Assembly (NCBI RefSeq): GCF_964355755.1
Contig: NC_092671.1
Coordinates: 26,982,070-27,046,069, forward strand
Direction of reading: 5' to 3'
DNA length: 64,000 nucleotides
Source: Antedon mediterranea
Taxonomy: Eukaryota; Animalia; Echinodermata
Shown piece by piece: positions 26,101-41,100 of the stretch. Position 1 is the first letter of the stretch. Each line of letters starts with the position of its first letter. The position numbers were made by a program, and so were the translations under genes. The notes below the pieces were generated by a model. The model searched no databases. It was not told where the DNA came from and saw only the letters and a program-made list of their open reading frames with translations.

Positions 26101-29100
26101 GCTCTTACATAAAACTTGTTTCTGCTGGTGGTAGTGGTAGCAGACGATAAACTGGTGGTGATGCTTCAGGGTTGGCTGCGGGTGAACTGGTTAGTGGTTC
26201 CTCTTCAGATGATGGCCTACTACATTTGAGAAAACGAAAGAGTTTTATTTTGATATTCTATTCTTTAAAATCTATAAAGGACCATTTTAAATAGAGCTAC
26301 TGTAACTTTGGGTTAACTTTCCAATCCAAGGGTCTGGGTTTAAATTGTGTATGAGTCAGTATTTACTAAACAAAGAAAGAAAGACAGTGCATCAAAACAA
26401 CTTTATATACACATTCCCATTCCCACACAATACCCCGGGACGGGACTAAACAAAGAAAGAAAGACAGTGCATCAAAACAACTTTATATACACATTCCCAT
26501 TCCCACACAATACCCCGGGACGGGACTAAACAAAGAAAGAAAGACAGTGCATCAAAACAACTTTATATACACATTCCTATTCCCACGCAATACCCCGGGG
26601 CGGGACTAAACAAAGAAAGAAAGACAGTGCATCAAAACAACTTTATATACACATTCCTATTCCCACACAATACCCCGGGGCGGGACTAAACAAAGAAAGA
26701 AAGACAGTGCATCAAAACAACTTTATATACACATTCCTATTCCCACGCAAAACCCCGGGGCGGGACTAAACAAAGAAAGAAAGACAGTGCATCAAAACAA
26801 CTTTATATACACATTCCTATTCCCACGCAATACCCCGGGGCGAGACTAAACAAGCACTATGATGTCATTTAAACAGGCTTAAAAAGGAAATCTGCAGTTC
26901 AACACACACAGTGGTACCAAACATAGATTTTAGCCGAATGTGATAATCTACCCCGTCAGTTTGAAATTAAAGAGACCCTTCTGATTTGGAAACTTGAACA
27001 AAGGGGTACGCAGATTAACAACATGTGACCGGGGTTGATGATAGACACCATGTGCAGCTTTATTTAAAAACATATATTCAGAAATTAAAAACAGTCATGT
27101 TGATTAATTTGATGCATATTTTCAATAATCGTTTAAGTGGGTAGAAAGAGTTCTTTACCCAACAGTGACTTGCAATTCTCATGCGAAAGGCTTTCTGATT
27201 AATAAAGGCTCTGCCTACACTACCAAACTTTATGTGACAAAAAAAATATGTGCCCATATATGGATAATGTCATATCACTAACATATCATTTTTTTTAATT
27301 GTGTCCAGAAATATTTAGTTTATACCAAAAGATTTATTAAAAAATGTTTCCTATTTTGTAATACATATTTCCAACTTCTGTGCTAAGCTCATATTTATTA
27401 TATGTTGCAGAGGCTCCTCAAGATTAAGGCCTCTGAATGAAATATTGAAGAAAAAAAACAAAAACAAAAAAACTTAAGAACATCATTTTAATTTTTAAAT
27501 ACATCATGTAGTAACTGTTGTTCCATTGTAATATGCATGATTTGAATTTATGAATAAAGGTTTGTAAAAAATGTTATCTTCAGACAACAGGATTAGAGAC
27601 TGACGACTGTTTGCTCTAGATTCTATATGCCAGGCATACGTTGCAAACAGTGCAGGGTAGGTTTAAAATGAACATGTTTAATGTTAATTGAATATGTGAT
27701 GACTAAATCTATTTTGTACTTCTACTGGGACCTGAAAATTGGTTTTGTTCAATAAACTTGAAGGCTGTTAGCAGGGGGCTGCAGGTAAGAATCAATTCAA
27801 TTTTATTTAAAATATTAGGGTATTTTATAGTCTAGCAGTTGTAAAACATACTTTCTTACCTTTTGTATTGGTTTATTGTAAGGTTATATTCATTGCTTTT
27901 TCTAGGCCAGGTCATGCCTACAAAGTGTGTAGGGTGCCTCTTTAAGACCCACCCTCAAGCTCACCTCTGAGCCTCGGCCATTTTGAAATTAATGATGATC
28001 ATTTTTAATTCTTATCTGCAATTGAATCCGGGTCTTCTACATGATAGTCAAGTATCATAGCCAGCTACCCTAACACATAAACAATGTGCAGTGCCATAAG
28101 TTGTTTGTTATACTTACTTTGACCTGAATCTTGTTTGATAGACTGAGTTTGGACTGTTGGGATGTGATACTGTTCCAGGGTTCTTTCTTCTATTGTTCAT
28201 CTTCCTTAGGTCTTTTGTTGATTTTTTGATATTTTTATGGTAAATAAGTTGTTCTCTGTTAAAAAGAAGTAACATTTTAATGCAGTAATGAGAGCTTGTA
28301 AAGCTTGGTTTCCACTAGGACGCAACGTAAGGTTGTAATGCAACGCAAAGTGATTTGACCAATCTCAAGCGATAGAATATTTGAACAGTCGAGTGTGATT
28401 GGTCAACTTGCTTGTTGTGTCTACGTCCTTGCATTGTGTCCTAGTGGGAACCAAGCTTAAACAAGGCACGTAATACTCTATGGTGATAGTGCTGTAATGC
28501 ACCGACACTTTCAGAAATGCTTTGCAACTTTTGAGAGAACATAAATTCAGTTTACTCGGTAGATTGTTTCTTGTGAAATACAATTTGTATTGTTCATCTT
28601 TTATTCTACTCTCTGACCAGGTAGAATTGTGAAAATGTTTGCAAACCATTTGACTGTTGGGATATAGCCTGCTTTTTGGACCTTCTTTAAACTAACATTT
28701 CCTATAAAGAACTATTATGGGTGAGAAGGTTTGAAACTGTACTGATTGTATAGATTTGGTTTGTAGTGTTCCTGCCTTTAACCAGTTACAGTTACATAAT
28801 AACAAATACAAACACAATTTGTAACTTAATAACTTTTATAACTTACTCTGGTGTGTTAACATTTCTTTTAACGCTGAAAAAAAAAGATGAAACATTTGTT
28901 AATAAATATTCTTAAATATTCTTCTAGCCTTCAAATAGTTTTAAAGATTTTATGCAATTGCTGTAGTTTATGTTTACCTCTTAAACCAGAGATATTGGGG
29001 CTAGTTTATGGGTAAACTTATACACAAAAATCAAAGGTAGTAGGTTTGAACAGTTGTACAAATCATAATTAGTGATCCATGGAAAAATAATATCCTCATG

Positions 29101-32100
29101 AGTATGTATATAATTCTTGCAATGCACCCTTAATTCTTCTATTTCCTTTGACTTACAAACTAAAAATTTGAATATTGTAATGCATGTTATAGACCTAAAT
29201 CACATAAAAACAAAGGAAATGTTTATAATCGACTTAAAATACCTGTTACTAATTCTTTAAGTGTTTTAATTCCTGTTTCCTTTCTTAAGGCTATGTTCAT
29301 ATGAGGGGGTTATGCCTGAGCTAGAAGGTGTACAAATATAAATGATGAGTCATGGGCAAATTGCAACTTGTGAAGAGTACATTGCCTTTAAACTAAAAAC
29401 AAAATCAGAAAATTATGAAGTCCTTTATTTATAAATTATCATCTTGGCAAAAAATAGAATTTGGTATGAACATATTGTAGATAAATTATTATTTCGACTC
29501 ATACGGCATAGCGTTTAAAAAAAACTAAAACGTTCTTGCTTTATATAGCAAACTTACTGTATTGGCCGACTCTTGACACACGATTAAAATTACAGTTACA
29601 TTCAAGAAGGGGTGTTTTCATCCCATTTGAAACATGACAAATTAGGTAGGCCCTATAATGGTATCAATGCTTGTTTTAACACTTTCCTATTATTTTTACT
29701 ACTGAATTAGAAAATTGAATTTAATTTGTTTGAATGTAATAAATACTAAATTGTAACATTTAATTAATTAATTAATTCATATATACATTTATTCATCAAC
29801 AGTTTATTAATCAATAATTTAATTTAACAATAATTAATCAATAATGTTAACATACATTGAATAATCAAGAAAATAAATAAACTGATGATTTTCATTTCAT
29901 TTCATTCATAAAAAAAAACACAAAAATTATAAAACATGTCAAAGATAAAATGCATAAAAGATGAAAAGGATCAACAACAAAAAGCTAAGAGCTTGTACAA
30001 GGTTGAAGACCTAAAAAAACTAAACAGCTAAAACTATAAAAGGATATATACAATATATTAATATATAAACAAATCAGGCATAGAACATTAATTCTAAACC
30101 GCCCGGTAATATACTGAAATTTAATTAATTAATTTGAAACGATAAAGATGAGGAAATCTGTGAGAATGAGAAAAAGTCGCCCCAACCGAGACTCGAACTC
30201 GGACCGCCTGCTTGATATGCAGATGTCCTAACCGTTAGACCACTGGGGCTTTCACGGTATTGTTCGAACTCGATTGGATAGCGACTCTTTAACATTCTCG
30301 GCGTGGTACGGCGGAACAGCACTAGTCCTCAGTTGTACACACGCGCACCAGAGATCAAATTGATACGCCCTCATCTTACAGTATTTTTAATCACGAGGCG
30401 GGATCTCCGAAGAGATACTTATATATATATAAACAAATCAGGCATAGAACATTAATTCTAAACCGCCCGGTAATATACAATATATTAATATATATATATA
30501 AAATAACATTGACATCGGCAGAAATTAAGATTTGTACTTATTAATTAAATTCAACTTATACAATTTTTTAAAAACATTGATGGATTTTGCATTTTTAAGT
30601 CATATCTAAGTTGTTCCAGACATGAGGACCTGAAACAGCAATACTATGACTTGTAGAAACTAGTCTTCGAAGAGGAGGTCGAAGTTGACATTTTCCTCTA
30701 GTATTGTACTATGATCAGTAACATTTTTAAGGTTTAAAAATCGTAAATCAGGATTATTCAATATTCGGAACATAAAAATGCCAATTTGGTAATTATGAAT
30801 ATCGTCAATTTTTAATACATTATGTATGTGGAAGAGAGGAATTGTTGGTGCACAATAATCAGACCAAGTTATAGCTCGTATCACTTTTTTCTGGAGTTTA
30901 GCAAGTTTATCAAAGAAGCATATGAATTAAACCAAATAATGTTACAATAGCTGATAAGAGGTTGACGTAGGGTCATGCGCGTAAAATCGCGCGTTCAAAA
31001 TTTAAAAAGCTCAAAATTAAGTTTTAATCAATTTAGAGCATGAATTAGGCCAAATGCGTTTTTCAGCGCGCGATTCTTAAAAAGCGTAAAAATACGAATT
31101 TTTTGTAGAAATCGCATTCTACTCACCATCCTTAGTACATTCACCGAATTTGAGTTCGTTCCGACTTAAAATAACGCTACACGAGCATGTTAAAAATGAC
31201 AAAATGCGCACATTAACTGCATAAAAGTGCTGAAAATGATGAAAAATAAGGCATTTTTAAAATGAAAATCATTCTTCAGAATGCACGATGACCCCCAATT
31301 TTTTTTAATTATTCTGGAAGCCATTGAGTTCTAGATATAAATTCATGTACACATTTGACGTACAAAATGTTGTGAGGTCACCAAATGGCCACTCAAATTA
31401 AAAAATTAGGTTTTTTTCTCTTTTGTCATAGATTATCACATTCAACTGAGCGCATCTCGGTTATTTTGTGCCCGATTTTCGCTAAATTTTTTGTATATGA
31501 TTGCTCATTTAATTATCTTTCTCATGAGTTGTCAACATTTTCATTTTGATGACGTCATAAAAACTTGAATAACGTAGGTCGTGTAATTTCATCTACACCA
31601 TACATTTGAATATCTTACAGTTCTTCCGAATTAAATGTGACCTTGATGATTATAATTTATTATGAAAGCTGATGAAATGTAGATATGAATTCATATAAAA
31701 ATTAAGCCTATCGAATGTTGTGATGTTATCATATGGCTAGTTGAAGTTAAAACGTTGTTTTTAAATTTCTTTAGTCGAAGTTATACAAATTTCAAAGAGC
31801 GCGCATTGCGCTTCTACGTGTCAAATTCTCTTCCAATCCTTATATTTATTTGCTCAATAATTATCTTTCGAAATTGTCATCTTCGAGTTTATTTTGATAA
31901 TTCCATCATACCAAAAAAATAGAACATGATGTGGGTCCCGTAATTTCACCTCTGCTACACTGTATATAGATATACAGATACTGTACATATTGTATATGAC
32001 ACATAATAGGTACAACTCAGCACTATACGGTAAGTGTATATGCATCATGTCATAGGATGGCGTACATCAGCTTTTTACGATCGCATGTTAACGTACGTGC

Positions 32101-35100
32101 ATGTTTAAAAAGTGTTAATTTCATTAAAATGATAAAAATGATCACCTATAATTCGTCAAAGTGACGAATTAAATTCTAGTTTTACTTCTTTTAGTTCTAA
32201 AAATTATATATCTAGTCTTATCACAGTTAAGAGAAAGTTTATTACACCTAAGCCATTTATCAATTTTAATAAGTTCAGAATTAACAATATCAATAAGTGT
32301 ATTCAAATTGGGGTTTGATAAGAACAGATTTGTATCAACAGCGAATAAAGTCGTGTTTAAAATATTTGAAGAAATAAAAATATCATTTATATATATGATA
32401 AATAATAATGGCCCAAGAATACTTCCTTGGGGTATTCCATAATTATTAGTTGTGTGTTCAGAAGAAATTACGTTAATGACTGTATATTGCCTTCTTCCAT
32501 ATATATACTTTTTAAACCAAGATAGTGCAGACCCCCTAATACCATAGTATTCAAGTTTCCATAATAAAATCGAATGGTCAATCGTGTCCTTGCTCAGGTC
32601 AATAAATATTCCAATAGCAGTATCTCCTCTATCTAAGGCAGCTTGTACTTTTTCAATAAGATTAAGTATAGCCATAAAGGTTGAACTTTTTTTAAGAAAC
32701 CCATATTGTTCTTTGTGGATGATAGCAAATTTATCTAAAAAGGAATACAAACGGTTATAAACAATACGCTCTAAGATTTTTGATAGAGCAGGTAAAATGG
32801 ATATTGTACGATAATTATTAAACATGTTTTTATCACCAGACTTAAATAGAGGAAATATCCCTGCTATTTTGCTTAGCTCAGGTACAACACCACTTTCAAG
32901 TGATAAATTAAAGATGTATGATAAAGGTGATGCTACATATGGAATAATATATTTAAGTAATTTACTGCTAATGTCATCAATGCCTTCAGAGTTAGATGGT
33001 TTCATTTTATTAACAATAGAAATAATTTCTAAATCATCAGTGGGCTTAAAATAAATTGAATTTGGAAAATTGCCATTAAGGTATTGCTTGTAGTTTTCAT
33101 TTACAGGCAAGACAATATTTTTGGCAAGAGTTTCTGCCGAGCACATCATTAATAATTGACCAAGTCTGCTTTGCGTCATTAGAAGCATTACATAAAATAC
33201 GAGAATAATAATTACGTTTACTAATTCTGATTAGATTAGTAAGCATATTTCTATATTTCTTAAATTTTGATATATTTAATTGTGTTGGGGATTTTAAATG
33301 TTTTTTATATAATACATTTTTTTTATTGATTGACTTAAGAATACCTCTAGTAATCCATGGTTTTTTTTATATGATTTTTTCTTGGTTTAGGTGTTTTAGA
33401 TGGAATGGTTTGTTCAATCGCATCTTGTATTTCTTTAATAAACATATTATAACTAGTATTAGTGTCATTTGAATTGTAAAGTGGATTCCAATTAATTTGC
33501 ACAATTTTAGTAATAAGATCATTAATTGTAGTTTGATTAATGATTTTAATTTTTGTAGATGATGCTGTGTTATGTAAGGGCATATTGAGATCATTCAAAA
33601 TAATATAAATGGTATAATGGTCAGTTATTTTAGATGTGATAATACCAGATTGTAATGGTTCAGGATTCAGATTTCTATAATTAGTTAAAATATTATCTAT
33701 AAGTGTTGAAGTTGTTTCAGTTACATGAGTTGGATTGTTTATTAATGGAAAGTAAGAGGAAGATTCAATGGTATCAATACATGTTTTGGTATTAGCTTTA
33801 TTTTTACTAATATCAATATTGAAATCGCCTAGAATAAAGCAGTGTTTATTTTCCTTATTAACTGCATGGAGGACCTTTTCAAGATTATCAGTAAAATCGG
33901 AAATCGGAGAGTTAGGAGGACAGTAAATAATACCAACAATAATATTTTTAGTTTTTTGGGAGATTTCAATGAAGAGTGAGTCGGATATATTATCATCTAT
34001 AGTCAAGTCAGGTCGTGATTTGAAATTTAAACTTCCTTTAACATATAGATTGACTCCACCTCCATCTCTACCTTCTCTGTTTTTGTTTATTATATTGTAA
34101 CCATCATGTTTAAGATGATCAATATAGGTATTATCCTTTATCCATGTTTCTGTGAATCCTAGAATACTAAATTTGTGTCCAGAGTAAGATAATAGGGTTG
34201 ATATTTCATCACAATGAAGAGGCAGACTTCGGGAATTTAAATATAGCGTCATTACTAAATTTATCTAATCTATAGATTTCGTTAGGTGCAATATACGTAT
34301 TATTAATGTTTGCATCATAGGCAGAGGAGACCTGGTCAATTACGTTATCATAAACGTTAAAAATGATTTAAAAACAAGACAGTTTGTTAAAAAAAAAATA
34401 TAAATATATAGGGTCACAAACTGTCTCGTGAGGATCCTAAGGATAATTTTGTTTTGGCTGATCTTTTAATAGTGATGTATACATTAAACAACTAAGTACT
34501 TGTTCCTTCCAAATAAAACATTATTATTTTTATAATGATCTAATGATTGATTTACCAGTTCTGTATTAGATCAGTTGAAATAATAATACATACAAAAGCT
34601 GATTCCATAATTGAATTAGTTTTATGATAATATTACAACACAAAAATGTTATTTTTGTTATAATGACTTTAAATCCCACAGTGTTTATTTTGATTGACAG
34701 TATTATTAATACTTTTATTAATATATTAAATGAATAAATAAAGAGCTGTCATTTATGTGCAATAAGTAGAAAGTCTTTGTTTTAGTCCCAATGCGAAAAA
34801 CGTTGGCACAGCAACATTTTGTGACAGACTTTCTTACATAAAACACTGGACATTTAATATTAAGGTGTGCAAAGCGATTACATAGTAGTTTTTATAACTT
34901 AATTACAGTAATATCCAAGTTTGTTGTCGTTTTGATGTTCAGTCAAAGATAGGGTTGGGTTTATACTCAGATTATATTAACAATAACATTTTAAAACAAA
35001 GTTTTGTGTCCAGATTATCCTAAATTAGAAGGTGGGATTATACTAGGGCATGGGATTATACTCATATAAAGTCCAACTCAGACAGCGTCCTACAACCAGG

Positions 35101-38100
35101 CCAGAAAATTAGGCATCATGGTTAAAGTCCTCGCGACAACGTAAAAACTAAGCCTGGCACATATCAAGACGACTCGTCTCGTCGGGATTCAACAGCTCCG
35201 ACGAGTCAAAATGTTTTGTCGGGCCTCGTCATACGACGCTGTCTGAGTTGGCCATTAGGTGTTTGAATTATTAATTAATTAATGATTAAAATTATGATTA
35301 TGTCATGAATAAATTGATATTCATTCGTTCATCTTTTTATTTCGGAATACCATGATCACATAATATATCCAAAGTTAAGGTTGTATAACATACAGAAAAA
35401 TATAGTCAATGCAAGAAGTCACTAGAGGGCCCAGGACCTAGACAATTGTAAAATGAAGTGCTTATCTTTTGCATTTTAATTATGCTAGGGCTATCCGTCC
35501 CACTAGATCCGTCTATTTGGAAAAACTATCTCCACATAGTCCATATAATTTAAAAATTCAATATGCATACATTAATAAATATTCATCAAACTATAGTGAC
35601 ATCATACAGAGAAGCAATTGAGATAGCGAAAGATCAAGAATAATTTTATCTTTTAAATCATTTTTTTCCCCAATTTAAGAGCAAAAAGAAAGGCCCATGA
35701 AGATGGGTATATGTCTTGATCTTTCTGTAGTTTAATTCAATATAATGGTGTACACATGGTTTTAAAAACATCTTTCAAGTTATATTAAGTTCTTTGTTAG
35801 TTTTTATGTGTATCAGCATGGTTGATCTTTTCATTTTGTCACTGTGATGTATAAACTATATGATTATATTATTAGTGATGCATACATTACATCTACAATG
35901 ATGTTGAAGCCCATCACATTTACAAGGCTGGGGGTTAGTCGGCCTGGGTCAAACAGGGTCAAACATTGTTTCGCGTCATCACAGGAAATGTTCTGACTGG
36001 ATACAACGTTGAATTACAGTAGGGCCATACACTAAAGCAGTCCTCTATTCCATTTTACAATAATACGCTACAACGTATTGTAGGCTAATACCCTACAGTA
36101 TCTGTTGGCGTTGTACACTAAAATGCTATAACAAGCTTTTTATTATGCATAATGTAATGCCCATGGATATAAGCAATATGGCACAAATACAGTAGGTCTC
36201 TAACCTATACCTCTCATATTATATACTAGTTCAAAAACATGAGAAATGTAGATTAATTAAATCAGACTTTGAAGAGGTTATTTTGTAGTTTTAATAAAGT
36301 AAATCACTTCCGTAGAAAAAAAAAACGGGGAAAAATAATGTTTTCACTTACAAAATAAAATGATAAATGGTTAAATTCAACCAGAAATCCATTGGCTGGC
36401 AGCCAATTTGACCATTTTTTGCTTTAAATTACAGTTTTTTCAGGTAAATAATTTTTGTTTCGATTTTTGGTCGAAGTCAATAACTATTATGTGACATTAA
36501 AATGGTATATTCAACAAAAAAATTTAAAAAAATTATTTTTCAGGGGGACAATACATCTTTAATTAATCCATATTGCTCTTTCTATTAGAATACTCATTTA
36601 TGTGTAGATGTGCAATATATACATTAATTACTATGAATTATTCAATATTAGTTTAAGTGCAATTTCCAAGAAGGATACTCATAGGTAAATATAGTATATC
36701 ACCAAAGGTTTGTTTCTATTGAGTAGAATTTCTTACCACAAAATGGCTCCACACAAAAAAGAACCAAAATTATAAATAGTTTCAAAAACCTCAATTGATT
36801 CCAATCTTGTTCACCACAAAATAGTTTACATGGAATAAGGTATAGCTGCAACGTTTGCGGTCTCAAGCTGACCCCAACTTACACTAAAACGTACAGAAAT
36901 TGAAATATCAAATTCATTCTACTTACACTCCTTCACGTCGGCAAAACATCAGGTAACCAAGAAGACATGTGACAAGAAACGCAACAGCAATAGGCAACAC
37001 CACTATCATGTAAAAGCTCTGACGAATGTCTTTTATGCGGCCAGATGTGTATTCTGGTGCTTCAAAATCTCCGCCAAGATTTAACGGTGTAATTTTTTCT
37101 GCCGCTTCTTCTACAATAACCTGGAAAGCAAGAATTTAATAAACGGTATTGCTATATTTACACTTAGTGGTTAACATGCTTGCCTTTCAATTCCAAGGTG
37201 CAGGGTTCAATACTGGCCTAGTGGTAGGGGTAAATCCTGACCCAGTGCCAGGGCTGTACTCATACTGTAGCTGTTCTACTCTTTCACTTTTTACTTTCTC
37301 TCAAATGAGACTTAGTTTAATACAAGGATGATAAAGTTTAGTTTTAGTTTTAGTTTTATCCTGTAATTGGCGAGTAACTTCCTGTTGTATGTGTATGACA
37401 TTAAAACAAGTAATATAAGTATGTAATGTGTTACACAAGTGCATCGCTATTCAAATTTGGAGCTACAGTACAGCCTTATATATCGCAGTCTGTGTGGCAA
37501 CAGAAACAATTTGTCTGCTGTTTCTTAGTACAGTAGACCTTTTATTTGGGACACCGTCCTGAGATTTTCCTTTTAATGGTTTTACCAAATATTAAATAAA
37601 CAATATATATATAAAAAGTTAGTAGCCACTGTGTGAGTAACTTAAATAAGGTATTGTTCAGAAGAAGTTTCATAACCTTAATTAAAACAGGTTGTATGAG
37701 GTAGACTAGACATCAAATGATTATTCTTTAATCTTATTTTAATTAAGTAACATATTGTACTTTATAGAATATATTAATATTACCAATTAATTTAAAAACA
37801 ACCAACTTGTAAATTAAATCGTTAATACATGTTTTGTAATATTTTGTTCTAATAGTGTAATTAGTATTCATTAAAAAGAATTTTTGATCACATAAAATTT
37901 AAATTTAAATAATTAAAAGTATAACAAACCAATTTAACATAACACCAATCAATAACAAACTCAGGTGCATATATCTGGTTCCACGGATGCGCCAGAGTAT
38001 CAGTGTTGTTCCCTGCGTTGTCGCAATCGGAGATGTTGTATTCGTTTATTAACTTGTCAGAAAATGAACTTGAAGAGGCAACTGTAACAATCACACTGTA

Positions 38101-41100
38101 AAAGTAAAATTAAAATGTTAATGTGTGAATAATTCATAATTAACACGGCTATTGCATAGTCACTTTCAATTTTAAAAAGAATACAACATCTATTAAGGGG
38201 CCTCCTTCCATGACCAAACAAAGTGACCCCTTAATAAAGGTGAAACATATACAGTATTTCCTCTAATTCATTTCACATGAAAGTGTCCCCTTAATAGGGT
38301 TGTCTATTGAATAGGGCTTGATCACAGTGTTGAAACATATATTGCTTCTTGTTCATTTCTCATGATAGTGTCCCCTTAATAGGGTTGTCTATTGAATAGG
38401 GCTTGACCACAGTGTTGAAACATATATTGCTTCTTGTTCATTTCTCATGAAAGTGTCCCCTTAATAGGGTTGTCTATTGAATAGGGCTTGACCACAGTGT
38501 TGAAACATATATTGCTTCTTGTTCATTTCTCATGATAGTGTCCCCTTAAATAGGGTTGTCTATTGAATAGGGCTTGACCACAGTGTTGAAACATATATTG
38601 CTTCTTGTTCATTTCTCATGATAGTGTCCCCTTAATAGGGTTGTCTATTGAATAGGGCTTGACCACAGTGTTGAAACATATATTGCTTCTTGTTCATTTC
38701 TCATGAAAGTGTCCCCTTAATATGGTTGTCTATTGAATAGGGCTTGACCACAGTGTTGAAACATATATTGCCTCTTGTTCATTTCACATGATAGTGTCCC
38801 CTTAATAGGGTTGTCTATTGAATAAGGCTTGATCACAGTGTTGAAACATATATTGCTTCTTGTTCATTTCTCATGATAGTGTCCCCTTAATAGGGTTGTC
38901 TATTGAATAGGGCTTGATCACAGTGTTGAAACATATATTGCTTCTTGTTCATTTCTCATGATAGTGTCCCCTTAATAGGGTTGTCTATTGAATAGGGCTT
39001 GACCACAGTGTTGAAACATATATTGCTTCTTGTTCATTTCTCATGATAGTGTCCCCTTAATAGGGTTGTCTATTGAATAGGGCTTGATAACAGTGTTGAA
39101 ACATATATTGCTTCTTGTTCATTTCTCATGATAGTGTCCCCTTAATAGGGTTGTCTATTGAATAGGGCTTGATCACAGTGTTGAAACATATATTGCTTCT
39201 TGTTCATTTCTCATGATAGTGTCCCCTTAATAGGGTTGTCTATTGAATAGGGCTTGATTACAGTGTTGAAACATATATTGCTTCTTGTTCATTTCTCATG
39301 ATAGTGTCCCCTTAATAGGGTTGTCTATTGAATAGGGCTTGACCACAGTGTTGAAACATATATTGCTTCTTGTTCATTTCTCATGATAGTGTCCCCTTAA
39401 TAGGGTTGTCTATTGAATAGGGCTTGACCACAGTGTTGAAACATATATTGCTTCTTGTTCATTTCTCATGAAAGTGTCCCTTTAATAGGGTTTTTAAACA
39501 TATACTGTATTGTTTCCCGTTCATTTCTCATGGGTTTGAACGCAGTGTTGAGACATTGCTTTTCATTCATTTCAAATGAAAGTGTCCCTTTAATAGGGGT
39601 GTCAAAAAGGAGGTGTTCTACTGTACTAAATATAGTATAAAGCACTTTTATACAAAACATGTTACTGTAGGAAGTATGGCTAAACTATTTTAGTGTTCGA
39701 TATATAATTTGAAGTTTAGCTTGGTAAATGATCCACTATCAATCCTTGGGTCTTCGATCCTATTCGACTCATCATTGCTTCATTCAACTCATGATAATAT
39801 TTTTCCATTCAACTCATAAACATTAACTATTTGTATACCACTATGTTAGTACTGTATCTGCAACACCTGTGAATACATTGAGTTTTATCCATTATTGTAA
39901 GTTAAGTACATTTTGAAAATCTGCAAATTTGCATACTATATCAACGACAGCAAATTTAAATACTATGACAAGTCACTTAATAGGCATTTATATTTTAGGC
40001 TCTAACAATGTACCAGGTGGTTCTGTGGTAGTTACAGGCTGATACATACTGTAGGTTAAATGACATGAAGTAAACCATAAAGGACTATTAAAATTATTTA
40101 TTATTAGAGCTAAATAGTACAGTGAAGGATTTTATTTTTTATTAGATCACAGCATACGTTTTTAAACAAAAAGAAACAGTGGAGGATATAGTAATAAGGA
40201 ATTTGGAAAAACAAAATATCGGCAGGTCTTACGAAACTATAAATGATGATAATACATTAAACTATAGAGGGTGCTATGAAAAAACTAAAAATATTAGCAT
40301 CTATAATTGATTATAAACATATATCTTACGGACCGATGTTTGTAAAGCAACTACAGTAAAATATGCACATGTTTCACAGGCAAAATGTCAACATTGTCAT
40401 ATCTTCTTATTGTTTCTATCACCATTGAAAGTCGAAGGTTGGTTTATAGTGAAAAATATTACAAAATGTAATACATTTTTTTTCAGTTTATATATAGTTG
40501 GAGAAACACGCCTTTTTGTGACATTTGAAACCTTTTATATGCTTCACTGAAAGTAATAAAATAAACTAAAAACAATCTTCATAAAATGCTAACTTCTGAA
40601 TTTGGCAGTACAGTTTGACATAACTCTCCTCCAAAGCTATCTATTGCTTCTCTCTTTTGCTATTCTTAACCAGTCTCATTTTGGGTTTGCCTCTTTTCTT
40701 TTTCTCTATCCTTGGTTGCTCAACCACAGTCCTGCTTGTTCATTTATTGTTCAAAGTCTTCCAGCATAGCCTGCCCATTTCCACTTAGTTTTAGCAATTG
40801 CTTGAAGCAGATCTCAGATTTTTTTATCTTTTCTTCATTACTTTGCATGGTACTGTACATTGTCCACTATTGTTGCTAATTTTATTGTAGATAAATTTGA
40901 ACTGATTCCAATAATGCAAAAGCAAAAACTTGGCTACATCTAATTTACTGTCACATATGTCATAAGGGAAGATTGTCTGCTGCGACAATACTCTATTATT
41001 AATGTATAACTCCTCAAAAAGAAGGTCATTAGGGTTATATCTGGTGCTCTATCTTTATCTCCATCTTTTCTGTAGTCTCTACTTTTTCAAACTGACATTA

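Larger units (their letters stand above)
29900..34370 (-). mobile_element. Decayed CR1/L2-group LINE (APE endonuclease + reverse transcriptase), interrupted by later insertions
   Basis: ORF 33347-34252 is APE-like (LNSRSL, FTETW, GGGV, LGDFNID, SKITDH). ORF 32169-33188 is RT (NYRTISILP, IFIDLSK, GIPQGSILGPLLFIIYIND, LFAVDT with a mutated catalytic motif). The C-terminal fragment lies at 30500-30960 and a (TGAAA)n tail at ~29890-29910. Confidence 0.9.

Noticed and set aside
26364-26855. 80-bp array (and the 85-bp array at 38270-39490) as CRISPR-like or coding repeats
   Set aside because: Whole units are near-identical with no variable spacers. The small ORFs over them are repeat artefacts.
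28365-28700. 94-aa minus-strand ORF as an extra sarcoglycan exon
   Set aside because: Splicing it after the 27-nt exon gives in-frame stops, the flanking exons join directly and match SGCE, and its 3' end runs into a MITE.
30125-30322. Recurrent 65-75 aa ORFs (MLFRRTTP.../MFQPYHAE...) at 30125, 42464, 43025 and 43425
   Set aside because: They are incidental translations across the tRNA-like cassette, and the N-terminal frames differ between subfamilies.
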